Assembly: GCA_041587435.1 (NCBI GenBank)
Contig: JBFGYM010000001.1
Location: forward strand, 1-56,933
Length of the DNA stretch: 56,933 nt
DNA from: Woeseiaceae bacterium
Lineage (GTDB): Bacteria > Pseudomonadota > Gammaproteobacteria > Steroidobacterales > Woeseiaceae
Reading direction: 5' to 3'
Below the pieces are notes generated by a model that saw only the letters and a list, made by a program, of their open reading frames with translations, was not told the DNA's origin and did no database searches. Below are positions 37,837 through 45,943 of the stretch, in pieces. The translations under genes were made by a program, and so were the position numbers. Position 1 is the first letter of the stretch; each line of letters starts with the position of its first letter.

Positions 37837-38778
37837 ATGCCGGCGAGGCGGTCCAAACCCCATCACGGGAGACACGGCATCCGACGACTGACATCGATTC
37901 TCGCCGTTCTGGCAGTGCTTGCCGCAACGCGTGCCGGGGCCGCCGAGCACATCGCGGAGATCGATGCCTCGGGCGCGACGCTGCGCATCAGCATTTCGGA
38001 GCGCCTCGACGAACGCACGGCATCGGCACTGATCGAGTGGCTGCGGACCGTCGCCGGCGACCTGCGCGCGCTGTATGGACGCTTTCCTCTGGCGGAGCTG
38101 CGCGTTCGTCTCGTGCCCCGCCGCGGTTGGCGCGCTGACGATGCCGCGGTTTCGTTCGGTCGCGTCACGCGCCGCGGCGGCGAGGCCATCGAACTCTACA
38201 TCAATCCGGACCGGCCGATCGACGAGTTTTACGGTGACTGGACCGCACCGCACGAATTCAGTCACCTGCTGCTGCCGGCGATCAGCTGGCGGCAGCGCTG
38301 GATCTCGGAAGGCTTCGCGAGTTACTACCAGAACGTGCTGCTGGCCCGGGCCGGGCGCTACACGCCCGATACCGCCATTCGCAAGCTGCGCGAGGGCTTC
38401 GATCGCGGCCGCGCCTCGCGGCCCGAGCTGTCGCCGAACGAGGCGTCGCGCGAGGGCATACGCCGCGCGCGTTACAAGATCTACTGGAGCGGCGCGGCGA
38501 TCGCCTTGCTGGCGGACCTGGCATTGCGCGAACGGTCCGGCGGGCGTGACAGCCTCGACGCCGTCCTGGGCCGGTTCCAGGCCTGCTGCCTGCCCTCGCA
38601 GCGCCGTTGGTCCGGCGTCGAATTCTTCGCAACTCTCGACGAACTGGCCGGCGAGCCCGTGTTCCTGCCGCTGTACCGCCGCTACGCGGACCGGCCGGGA
38701 TTTCCCGACGTCGATGCGGCGCTCGCGAACCCGGTCCTGCGTGACAACGTCTTCGCAGTGCGTAATTACACTGATTGA
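37837..38778 (+). CDS. Secreted putative zinc metallopeptidase (HEXXH, gluzincin-like)
   Basis: Signal peptide (LTSILAVLAVLAATRAGAA). HEFSH followed by ...WISEGFASYYQ (candidate third-ligand Glu). Confidence 0.6.
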   Translation: MPARRSKPHHGRHGIRRLTSILAVLAVLAATRAGAAEHIAEIDASGATLRISISERLDERTASALIEWLRTVAGDLRALYGRFPLAELRVRLVPRRGWRADDAAVSFGRVTRRGGEAIELYINPDRPIDEFYGDWTAPHEFSHLLLPAISWRQRWISEGFASYYQNVLLARAGRYTPDTAIRKLREGFDRGRASRPELSPNEASREGIRRARYKIYWSGAAIALLADLALRERSGGRDSLDAVLGRFQACCLPSQRRWSGVEFFATLDELAGEPVFLPLYRRYADRPGFPDVDAALANPVLRDNVFAVRNYTD

Positions 38779-38851
38779 CCCCTGGTGATTTCCGCGCTCA
38801 TAGTGAAGCTGGCGTCGACTCCCGGGCGCGAGCGCAATACGAGGTGAAGCG

Positions 38852-39250
38852 ATGAATACGATCCGGACCGGAACCCTGCTACTCGCATTGGCATTGTTCT
38901 TGGCCGGCTGCGGCCGCGGCGATGTCAGCTATGCGGACGACGTCAAGCCGATTTTCGACCGCTACTGCATCAGCTGCCACAGCGGTTCCGGGGAAGGTGC
39001 CAGCGTCAGCGAGTACCTGATGACCAGCTACGACGAAGTAATGAAGGGCACGAAGTTCGGCAAGGTTGTCGTCCCGGGAAGCCGGATGTCGAGTTCGCTG
39101 TTCCTCGTCATCGCCGGCAAGACCGCACCGGAAATTCGCATGCCGCCGCATAACGACGAGTCGTTTGCTCAGGGCCGCGGCGTCATGCTCTCCGCGGACG
39201 CCATCGAGACGATCGGGCTATGGATAGACCAGGGAGCCCGGAACAACTAG
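38852..39250 (+). CDS. Lipoprotein with one c-type heme-binding motif
   Basis: Lipobox LFLAGC. Single CISCH (CXXCH) motif. Downstream MPP as a possible Met ligand region. Confidence 0.65.
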   Translation: MNTIRTGTLLLALALFLAGCGRGDVSYADDVKPIFDRYCISCHSGSGEGASVSEYLMTSYDEVMKGTKFGKVVVPGSRMSSSLFLVIAGKTAPEIRMPPHNDESFAQGRGVMLSADAIETIGLWIDQGARNN

Positions 39251-40953
39251 TGCCGCTGCTGCTCGTCGTCGGGAAGCGCAAAGAACTGCAGTTCACCGAG
39301 ATCGCCGCCGAGTGATACGAGCCTCGCCTCGGGCTCGTGCCTGAGTTTGTCGGCAATTCTCTGCGCCTCCGCGAGGTAGTGGCGGTAGAGCTGCCGTCTG
39401 AGCGGCAGCGTCAGGGTCGCGGGCTCGCCCTCTTCCCCGGCCACGGCGGCGTCGAGCGAAAACTGCGGCAGACTGGCGGACGCGTACTTGTGTGCCCAGG
39501 TTCCCGTCGCCAGGTCGAAATCGTACAGCCCGAGGAACCGGTGCCCTTCGCGCGCAAGGAAATGCACGGCCTCGATCACGTAGTCGGCCTCGGCATCGTC
39601 CATGACCCAGTGCAGGCCGACGCGGCACCAGCCCGGCTTCAGCCCGCAATGCCCCTGCTTCACGGCCGAACGGTACTTTTCCGAGGTTGCTTCGTCGATG
39701 TGCAGCAGCCGGTGCCCGTATGGCCCTGCGCACGAACAACCCGCGCGCGACTGGATGCCGAACAGGTCGTTCAGCAGAACGGTCAGGAATTTGTGGTGCA
39801 GGTATTTGCCGCGCGCGTCGCGGATGTTGAACGAGATGATGCCGACACGGCTGTCGGGATCCGGATTGCCGAGAATCTCGATGTTGTCATCCCGGCCCCA
39901 GCTTCCCAGAGCCCGACAGGCGTATTCGTGTTCGCGTGCGTGGATGACGTCCGTGCCAACCGCGTCCTTGACCTGGAACACGAGCGCCGCCTTGAGCGTC
40001 TGCAGGACACCGGGCGTGCCGGCTTTCTCGCGTTCCTCGATGTTCGCGATGAAGTCCTGGTCGTGCATGCCGACGTAGTCGACGGTACCGCCGGCGCTGA
40101 CGCTCGGAGGCAATTCGCGATCGTAGATACGCTCGTTGAACAAGAGCACGCCGCTCGAGCCGGGTCCGCCCAGGAACTTGTGCGGTGAGATGAATATCGC
40201 GTCGATACTGGGGTCGTCGCCTTCATGCGCGGGCTCGGGGTTCATGTCGATGTCGACATAGGGCGCGCACGCGGCGTAGTCAAAACACGCAATCGCGCCA
40301 TGACGGTGCAGGAGGCTCGCGATGCGGTGCACGTCGGTGCGCATGCCGGTGACGTTGGACGCGGCCGAAAAGGAACCGATGCGCTGGCGGTTTCGATAAC
40401 GCGGGTCCTGCAGCAGTTCCTCGAGGTGCCCGAGATCGATGTGACCGCTCGCATCGAGACGCACCTGGACCGTCGTGGCCAGCGACTGGCGCCACGACAG
40501 TTCGTTCGAATGATGTTCGTAAGGACCGATGAACACGACCGGCTGAGTGCGTAGCAGCACGTCGTCATCAAGCAGGCCGCGGAGGTTCTTGCGTGTCGCG
40601 GGCGGCAGCGTCACGCCGATGATCTGTTGCAGCTTGTCGATGGCGCCGGTTGCGCCCGTGCCGCAGGCGATGATGCGCCCGTGAGGGCCGGCATTGACCG
40701 AGTCCTTGATGGCCTGCTCGGCCTCGTGCAGCAACTGGCTCATGCTGCGGCCCGTAATGTCGTCCTCGGTGTGCGTGTTGGCGTAAACGCGCTGCAGGCT
40801 CTGCAGATACGACTCGACGAAACGCAGGCAGCGCCCCGACGCGGTGTAGTCGCAATACACCATGAGCCGCTCGCCGAACGGTGTCTCGAACGTGGAATCG
40901 ACCCCGACGATCTGTTCGCGCAAGTAGGCGGGATCGAGACGCCGTTTGTTCAT
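39247..40953 (-). CDS. Class V aminotransferase-fold PLP enzyme (cysteine desulfurase/lyase-like), long form
   Basis: 568 aa. PLP-lysine motif ISPHKFLGGPGSSGVL. Cys-containing loop SRAGCSCAGPYGH. Convergent 4-nt overlap with the cytochrome gene. Confidence 0.8.
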   Translation of the reverse strand: MNKRRLDPAYLREQIVGVDSTFETPFGERLMVYCDYTASGRCLRFVESYLQSLQRVYANTHTEDDITGRSMSQLLHEAEQAIKDSVNAGPHGRIIACGTGATGAIDKLQQIIGVTLPPATRKNLRGLLDDDVLLRTQPVVFIGPYEHHSNELSWRQSLATTVQVRLDASGHIDLGHLEELLQDPRYRNRQRIGSFSAASNVTGMRTDVHRIASLLHRHGAIACFDYAACAPYVDIDMNPEPAHEGDDPSIDAIFISPHKFLGGPGSSGVLLFNERIYDRELPPSVSAGGTVDYVGMHDQDFIANIEEREKAGTPGVLQTLKAALVFQVKDAVGTDVIHAREHEYACRALGSWGRDDNIEILGNPDPDSRVGIISFNIRDARGKYLHHKFLTVLLNDLFGIQSRAGCSCAGPYGHRLLHIDEATSEKYRSAVKQGHCGLKPGWCRVGLHWVMDDAEADYVIEAVHFLAREGHRFLGLYDFDLATGTWAHKYASASLPQFSLDAAVAGEEGEPATLTLPLRRQLYRHYLAEAQRIADKLRHEPEARLVSLGGDLGELQFFALPDDEQQRH

Positions 40954-41044
40954 CTGTCCTTACCTGTCTGTGTCGAAACGTACCGGCCGTCAACGCAGAC
41001 ACCGGCACCGCGCGGCCACCGGGCCGCCGACCCCGGATTATGCA

Positions 41045-42193
41045 CTAATACGTCAGTTCGAACCGCAGACCGACGACGAGCGCGTGGCCGGGCGTGGCCA
41101 GCGCGGCCGGGTTCACGACGTATTGCAGGTCGGGCTGCACGCTGAGCCGCTCGCCGACGGCTGCCCGGTAGGTCAGTTCCCAGGCCGTCTCGCGGCTACG
41201 CGTCGCCGTGCCCCCGGTTTCGAGAACCCGGCGATACGGCGATCCCGCGGCGGCGGAGGCGACCGCCAGTCCCAACTGATCCTCCGGCCGTCCCGGGAAC
41301 GGCGCGTCGATGACGATCCCGGCCCCGGCGTAACCGCCGAAGACGTTGAGCGCTTCCCGCGCTTCGCCGTAGCGCAGAAACCAGCCGACGTCGTGCCCGG
41401 CGACGGTCACGGTCGATTCGATGCCGAGGTACCAGCCCTCGTCGCGGCTGCGTCGCGGGGGGTCGGCCAGGTAAGCGGATGCCGACGAGTACCTCCAGTA
41501 GCCGGCCCATACGCGGTGCGTCGCAGCGACCGGGCGATCGTACTCGACGACGGCCAGTATCCCGTCGTCGCCGTCGAGACTGATCCGGTTGCTGGCCGGG
41601 TCGGTCGGGTGCCCGGGGACGCCGTCGAGCAGCGCCATTCTCGCGGTACCCGGTCCAACGGTAACGGCGCCGCGGATCGCGAGAGCGGAAACCGGGAAGA
41701 TACCGGGACCGTTGCGCCCCGTCTGACCGACATCCGCGCCGATGCCGTGCGAGCTGTGGATGAACAACGACCCGACCGTGTTGACGTCAAATTCGCTGTT
41801 GAGGTCGTACAGGCCCGTCTTTAGCGACCACGCCTCCGCACCGAACTCGTACCAGGCCTCGTAAATCCGCCAGGCTCGGACCGCCTCGATGTTGCTGACC
41901 GCCTGCAGGTCGCCGACCAGGTCGGCGGAAAAGCCCGTACCGTTGTTATACAGGCCGTGCACGTACAGGGAACCCGGTCCGAGGTCGTGCGTGAATTCGA
42001 GGTCGAGGTTGTCGAGGTAGCGAACGCCCCGCCGGATGCCGCCGCCCGTGTTGGCCAGGAACTCGCCCGTGTAGCGGACGTCCACCTCGAAAGCCGGGGC
42101 CGGAGGCGCCAGCAGAAGGAACAACGCGCCACACACGCCGAAACGCCGGCGGCGCTGTAGCGGTCGATGGCACCCGGTGGCGGGAATTCGCAT
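41045..42193 (-). CDS. OprB-family (carbohydrate-selective type) outer-membrane porin
   Basis: Signal sequence. Beta-barrel pattern. VQPDLQYVVNP motif. Terminal aromatic residue ...LRFELTY. Confidence 0.75.
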   Translation of the reverse strand: MRIPATGCHRPLQRRRRFGVCGALFLLLAPPAPAFEVDVRYTGEFLANTGGGIRRGVRYLDNLDLEFTHDLGPGSLYVHGLYNNGTGFSADLVGDLQAVSNIEAVRAWRIYEAWYEFGAEAWSLKTGLYDLNSEFDVNTVGSLFIHSSHGIGADVGQTGRNGPGIFPVSALAIRGAVTVGPGTARMALLDGVPGHPTDPASNRISLDGDDGILAVVEYDRPVAATHRVWAGYWRYSSASAYLADPPRRSRDEGWYLGIESTVTVAGHDVGWFLRYGEAREALNVFGGYAGAGIVIDAPFPGRPEDQLGLAVASAAAGSPYRRVLETGGTATRSRETAWELTYRAAVGERLSVQPDLQYVVNPAALATPGHALVVGLRFELTY

Positions 42194-42233
42194 GGCAGGA
42201 TCCGTTACTGGCAGCGCAGTATCGTATCCTAAA

Positions 42234-42254
42234 TACGAATCACTCTCATTCGTA
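42234..42254. promoter_or_regulatory. Inverted repeat in AT-rich leader of the porin gene (possible operator)
   Basis: TACGAAT-CACTCTC-ATTCGTA, 7-bp arms, 41 nt upstream of the porin ATG. Confidence 0.3.
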
Positions 42255-42307
42255 ATACGTAGTTGTCACAACCCCGGGCGGCCGTCGTTTAATTGCCGCA
42301 AACGAAA

Positions 42308-42329
42308 GCGGCGCTGAAATCAGCGCCGC
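42308..42329 (-). terminator. Rho-independent terminator ending the shdr-lbpA-fadL transcription unit
   Basis: GCGGCGCTG-N4-CAGCGCCGC, 9-bp GC stem, followed on the minus strand by TTTCGTTTGC. It lies 46 nt after the FadL-like stop. It is the only such structure seen downstream of 56567 on this strand. Confidence 0.75.
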
Positions 42330-42374
42330 AATCGTGACGACGGCCAGATGTATCCTGGCCTTAATCATTGACTC

Positions 42375-43769
42375 CTAGAATCGATAAGCGACTTCGAATT
42401 CGAACTGGCTCATCTCGAGCGTGATCGTCTGCGTCGGGTCGAACGTGCTCGGACCCTGGATCTCGAAACTCGGCGCGTACATCATGGACAGCGACAATGT
42501 ATGGCCGTTTGCGCGGCGACGCGTCCAGCCCACGGTCATGTGCTGTTCCATGACGCCCGGCGCGAGAATATTGAACAGCATCTCGCTGCGCGGAATCGGC
42601 TGGTCGCCGAAGCTGTAGCCGATGCGCCAGGTGTTGTCCTCGTTGGCCGCCCATTCGAAACCTAACTTGTAAACGGTCACGTCGTCCCAGCCGAAGCCCG
42701 CGCCATTCGGTCCGCCGAGGCAGCCGTTCGTCGCCGGCGCAACGCCGGGGTTCGCCGTGAAGCATCCCGTCAGCAGGTTCACGATCGGGTTGTGCACCGA
42801 GTCGACGTCGCTGTAGGCAATGTGCTCGATGTCGACGTTGACGCGTGCCGATTCACCCGGCTTGAAGGACAGGCCGGCCTTGATCGACGACGGGATATCG
42901 AAGCCGCCGTCCTGTGCAAACAGGTCCGCGTAGTCGTCGAACTCGCTCATCGACAGTTTCGACTGGTAGGCCAGGCCGACACTGAAGGTGTCGCTGCCCG
43001 CCCAGAGTCCGGCGGCCACGCCGAACCCGGTCGACATGTCACTGCCGTTGTCGGTCAGGCTCGTTACCGGTGCGCCCATGCCGTTCTGCAGGAACGCGTC
43101 GGCGAAAGTCTGCGTGTACGGCGCGAACGTAGCGACCCCGGTCGCCTCGAACATCTGGGCCGCGACCACCGGGCCGATGCCGATCGCCAGGTTCGGCGTG
43201 AGCTTGCGCGCATAGTTGACGCTCAGGAACGCCTGCATCAGGTCGACGCCGGCCTTGCCGGCGCCGTACACGCCGGGGAACGTGCCGGGCGCACCGCCCT
43301 GCCCGGTCGGGTCGAACAGGGCAGACTGACCGCTGTCCCACTCGGTGTTCATGCCACCGCGGCCGTAAAAGACGAGCGACAGCGCGCTGTCGGCAGACAG
43401 TTCCCAGTTCTTCGCGAGGTAGGGAATCGGGAACGCCTCGTTCTTGCTGTCGTGCTTGCCCTGGCTCAGCGTCAACGCGCCGAAGTTGCCGTTGGCAAAG
43501 CTCGCCGAGGCTTCGTAGGAACGCATCGGGCTGAAGATTGCCAGGCCGAACTGCCAGCTCTCGTCCGCGAACACGCCCAGTGCGGGGTTCGTCGCGGCGC
43601 TGATGCCGCCCATGTTCTCGGGACTGCCGACACCCGTGCCGGCCATGCCTTTCGACTCGGTGCCGACGCCGTGCGTGAAATAGCCGTTGGTCGCCAGTGC
43701 GGAGCTGCTGAAAGCGAACAACCCGGACGCCACCAGGGCGACTGCGGCTTTCGTGGGTGTAACTCTCAT
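42375..43769 (-). CDS. FadL/OmpP1/TodX-family outer-membrane channel for hydrophobic compounds
   Basis: Signal peptide MRVTPTKAAVALVASGLFAFSSSALA, then TNGYFTHGVGTESKGMAGTGVG (FadL N-terminal hatch motif). C-terminus ...FEVAYRF. ATG 43769 overlaps the ArsR stop as ATGA. Confidence 0.85.
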   Translation of the reverse strand: MRVTPTKAAVALVASGLFAFSSSALATNGYFTHGVGTESKGMAGTGVGSPENMGGISAATNPALGVFADESWQFGLAIFSPMRSYEASASFANGNFGALTLSQGKHDSKNEAFPIPYLAKNWELSADSALSLVFYGRGGMNTEWDSGQSALFDPTGQGGAPGTFPGVYGAGKAGVDLMQAFLSVNYARKLTPNLAIGIGPVVAAQMFEATGVATFAPYTQTFADAFLQNGMGAPVTSLTDNGSDMSTGFGVAAGLWAGSDTFSVGLAYQSKLSMSEFDDYADLFAQDGGFDIPSSIKAGLSFKPGESARVNVDIEHIAYSDVDSVHNPIVNLLTGCFTANPGVAPATNGCLGGPNGAGFGWDDVTVYKLGFEWAANEDNTWRIGYSFGDQPIPRSEMLFNILAPGVMEQHMTVGWTRRRANGHTLSLSMMYAPSFEIQGPSTFDPTQTITLEMSQFEFEVAYRF

Positions 43770-44113
43770 CGTTTTTCTCCCTGCGATTCGCAAAATACTT
43801 CGTGAAGCGTTTTCATTACCATGGGCGCCTCTTCCCCCGCCAGCGAATAGCTGACCGATTGCGCATGTTTCCTGGCTTTGACGATCTTTTCGCGGCGCAG
43901 CACAGCGAGGTGCTGGGACAGCGCGGACTGGCTGAGCCCGAGAATCTCCTGCAGTTCGCTGACGGTCTTTTCACCCTCCGACAGCTGGCACAGGATCATC
44001 AGGCGCCATTCGTTGGCCATGGCCTTGAGCAGCTCGACGGCATGCGCCGCGACGTCGTGCAGCTCCGTGAGTTTTTCGAAGTCCTCCACTGTGTTGACGG
44101 TGTCCTCGATCAT
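43766..44113 (-). CDS. ArsR/SmtB-family transcriptional regulator with two cysteines (sHdrR/SoxR-like)
   Basis: Winged HTH ...LLKAMANEWRLMILCQLSEGEKTVSELQEILGLSQSALSQHLAVLRREKIV... ATG 44113 overlaps the lbpA stop as ATGA; the TTG at 44122 in the ORF track is the alternative start. Confidence 0.85.
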   Translation of the reverse strand: MIEDTVNTVEDFEKLTELHDVAAHAVELLKAMANEWRLMILCQLSEGEKTVSELQEILGLSQSALSQHLAVLRREKIVKARKHAQSVSYSLAGEEAPMVMKTLHEVFCESQGEKR

Positions 44114-44553
44114 GCGCCGCAACCGCCGAATCCCTCGGAATCCATCTTGGCTTCGTAAGCGCCGCTGACGTTGCTGCCGATGACGAGCGAACCCTTCACC
44201 GAGTCCCAGTCCTCGGGTTTGAGGATAATCAGCCAGCCCTTCTCGTAGGGATCCTCGTTGGCGATGCTCGGATCCGCGACGAGGTCTTCGTTCACCGCCA
44301 CGACTTCACCGCCCGCAGCGGACTTCGCCGGCCCGACCCACTTGCCGGACTCGAGCGTGCCGCAGGACTTGCCGGCCCGCACGCTGCGACCGACCTTCTT
44401 CGGCGTAAACGCAACGAGCTTGCCGGCCATTGCCGTTGCCACGGTCGTCATACCGATCTTGACCGTCCCGTCGCCGACTTCGGTGAACCAGATGTGGTTG
44501 TCGACGTCGTAGAGCAATTCGTCAGGAAGGTTACATCCCCTTACAGATGGCAT
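44110..44553 (-). CDS. lbpA: GcvH-like lipoate-binding protein LbpA
   Basis: 147 aa with a glycine-cleavage-H fold pattern. Lipoyl-lysine context GTLESGKWVGP. AAGGAGG Shine-Dalgarno. No gcvP or gcvT nearby; instead embedded in the shdr cluster. Confidence 0.88.
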   Translation of the reverse strand: MPSVRGCNLPDELLYDVDNHIWFTEVGDGTVKIGMTTVATAMAGKLVAFTPKKVGRSVRAGKSCGTLESGKWVGPAKSAAGGEVVAVNEDLVADPSIANEDPYEKGWLIILKPEDWDSVKGSLVIGSNVSGAYEAKMDSEGFGGCGA

Positions 44554-44555
44554 AC

Positions 44556-44999
44556 CTATGCCTCCTTTGTGTTGGTCGTCTTGGAGTCCTGCGCGGATCG
44601 GATCGGTTTCGACGAACAGCAGAATTCGCCCAGACCAGCCACCTGCAGCTTTCCGGCAATGAACAAATACAGGTGCTTGGATACCAGAGCCATCATCGAC
44701 AAGCGATCCGTAATATCCGCATGCCCGGGCTGCATCGTAACGAGGTTGTAATGATACGCAACCTCGCGGCAGGTCTCCCGGCAGGCATTGAAGCTCGGGT
44801 CGCCGCGCGCGCCCTGCCGGTGCAGGGCCAGCAGCCGGAATCCTTCGCGGGTCTCGCCGGTCGGGACTTCGCCCCTCGCGACGATCCAGTGCTCGAGCAC
44901 CTCCTCGCTCGCCCGCAACAGCCCGTCGGCCGACGCCGTGCAGTCCCCGGACCGCGGCGGCGCGTCGAAGAACGCCTCGAGTTCGGCAAGGGTTCTCAA
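44556..44999 (-). CDS. Conserved-looking hypothetical Cys-rich protein between shdrB2 and lbpA
   Basis: 147 codons with host-like GC3-rich codon usage. TTG start overlapping the shdrB2 stop (TTGA). Six Cys (GDCTAS, NACRETCRE, EFCCSS). No family recognised. Confidence 0.6.
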   Translation of the reverse strand: MRTLAELEAFFDAPPRSGDCTASADGLLRASEEVLEHWIVARGEVPTGETREGFRLLALHRQGARGDPSFNACRETCREVAYHYNLVTMQPGHADITDRLSMMALVSKHLYLFIAGKLQVAGLGEFCCSSKPIRSAQDSKTTNTKEA

Positions 45000-45937
45000 C
45001 CGAGGCCCCTTTCTTTCAGGAACGCGATCGAGTCATTGACGTTCTCGTGAACACCAACCTTCCTGGGTTTGAGGCCGAGCGCCATGCCGAGCAGCTGCGT
45101 GAAGTAGAGGATCTTGATGTCCACGGTTTCGCCGAGCGTTTTTTCGGCCCGAATCTGGTGCATCTCGAGGCCTGAATGGCAGGTCGGACACTCGGTCGCG
45201 ATAACGTCGGCGCCCGACAGCTTCGCGGCCTTCAGGATATTGAGCACGAGCTTGGTCGACGTGTCGCTGTCCGACAGCGTGTGCGCGCCGCCGCAGCAGG
45301 CCGTCTTCAGCGGGAAATCGACGTTCTCGGCGCCGGCCGCGGCCAGCAAGTCGTCCATGAAATGCGGCTTTGACGTCGATTCGCTGCCCGGACCCTGGTC
45401 CTTCTCGGGAAATATGTGCCGCGGACGCGTGTACATGCATCCGTAGTAATTCGCGACCTTGATGCCCTCGAGGGAGTTCTTTACGCGCGCCTTGAGGCCC
45501 TCCTCGCCGATGGCGTCCTTGATCCAGTCCAGCGCGTGGATGGTCTCGACCTGGCCGGCCTCGTACGTCTTGTGCCCGGCTTTTTGCGACAGGCGATCGA
45601 CAACCTCCGCCGATTCCTTGTCATTGGCGAGGTCGTATTCGGCTTTCTTCAGGTTGTGATAGCAGCCGTTGCAGGGCGCCATCACGACGTCCATGTTCAT
45701 CTCGTTGGCCGCCGTCGACATCACACGCGACGACAGGTACGTCTGGATCTTCGGGTCGATGTTCTTAACTTCCATCGCGCCGCAGCAGTTCCAGTTCTTG
45801 ACCTCGACGAGGTCCAGGCCCAGCGCCTTGCCGACCGCCTTCGTCGAGCGGTTGTACGCGTGGCCGGTGCCCTCGAGCGCGCAGCCCGGGTAATAGGCGA
45901 CCTTCTTGTACTTGTCTTTGGTCGTGCTCATCCGCAA
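44996..45937 (-). CDS. shdrB2: sHdrB2, heterodisulfide reductase-like subunit B (two CCG domains)
   Basis: YYPGCALEG...NWNCCGA and YYGCMYTRP...KTACCGGAH are CCG-domain motifs. Confidence 0.9.
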   Translation of the reverse strand: MRMSTTKDKYKKVAYYPGCALEGTGHAYNRSTKAVGKALGLDLVEVKNWNCCGAMEVKNIDPKIQTYLSSRVMSTAANEMNMDVVMAPCNGCYHNLKKAEYDLANDKESAEVVDRLSQKAGHKTYEAGQVETIHALDWIKDAIGEEGLKARVKNSLEGIKVANYYGCMYTRPRHIFPEKDQGPGSESTSKPHFMDDLLAAAGAENVDFPLKTACCGGAHTLSDSDTSTKLVLNILKAAKLSGADVIATECPTCHSGLEMHQIRAEKTLGETVDIKILYFTQLLGMALGLKPRKVGVHENVNDSIAFLKERGLG

Positions 45938-45943
45938 TCCTCG

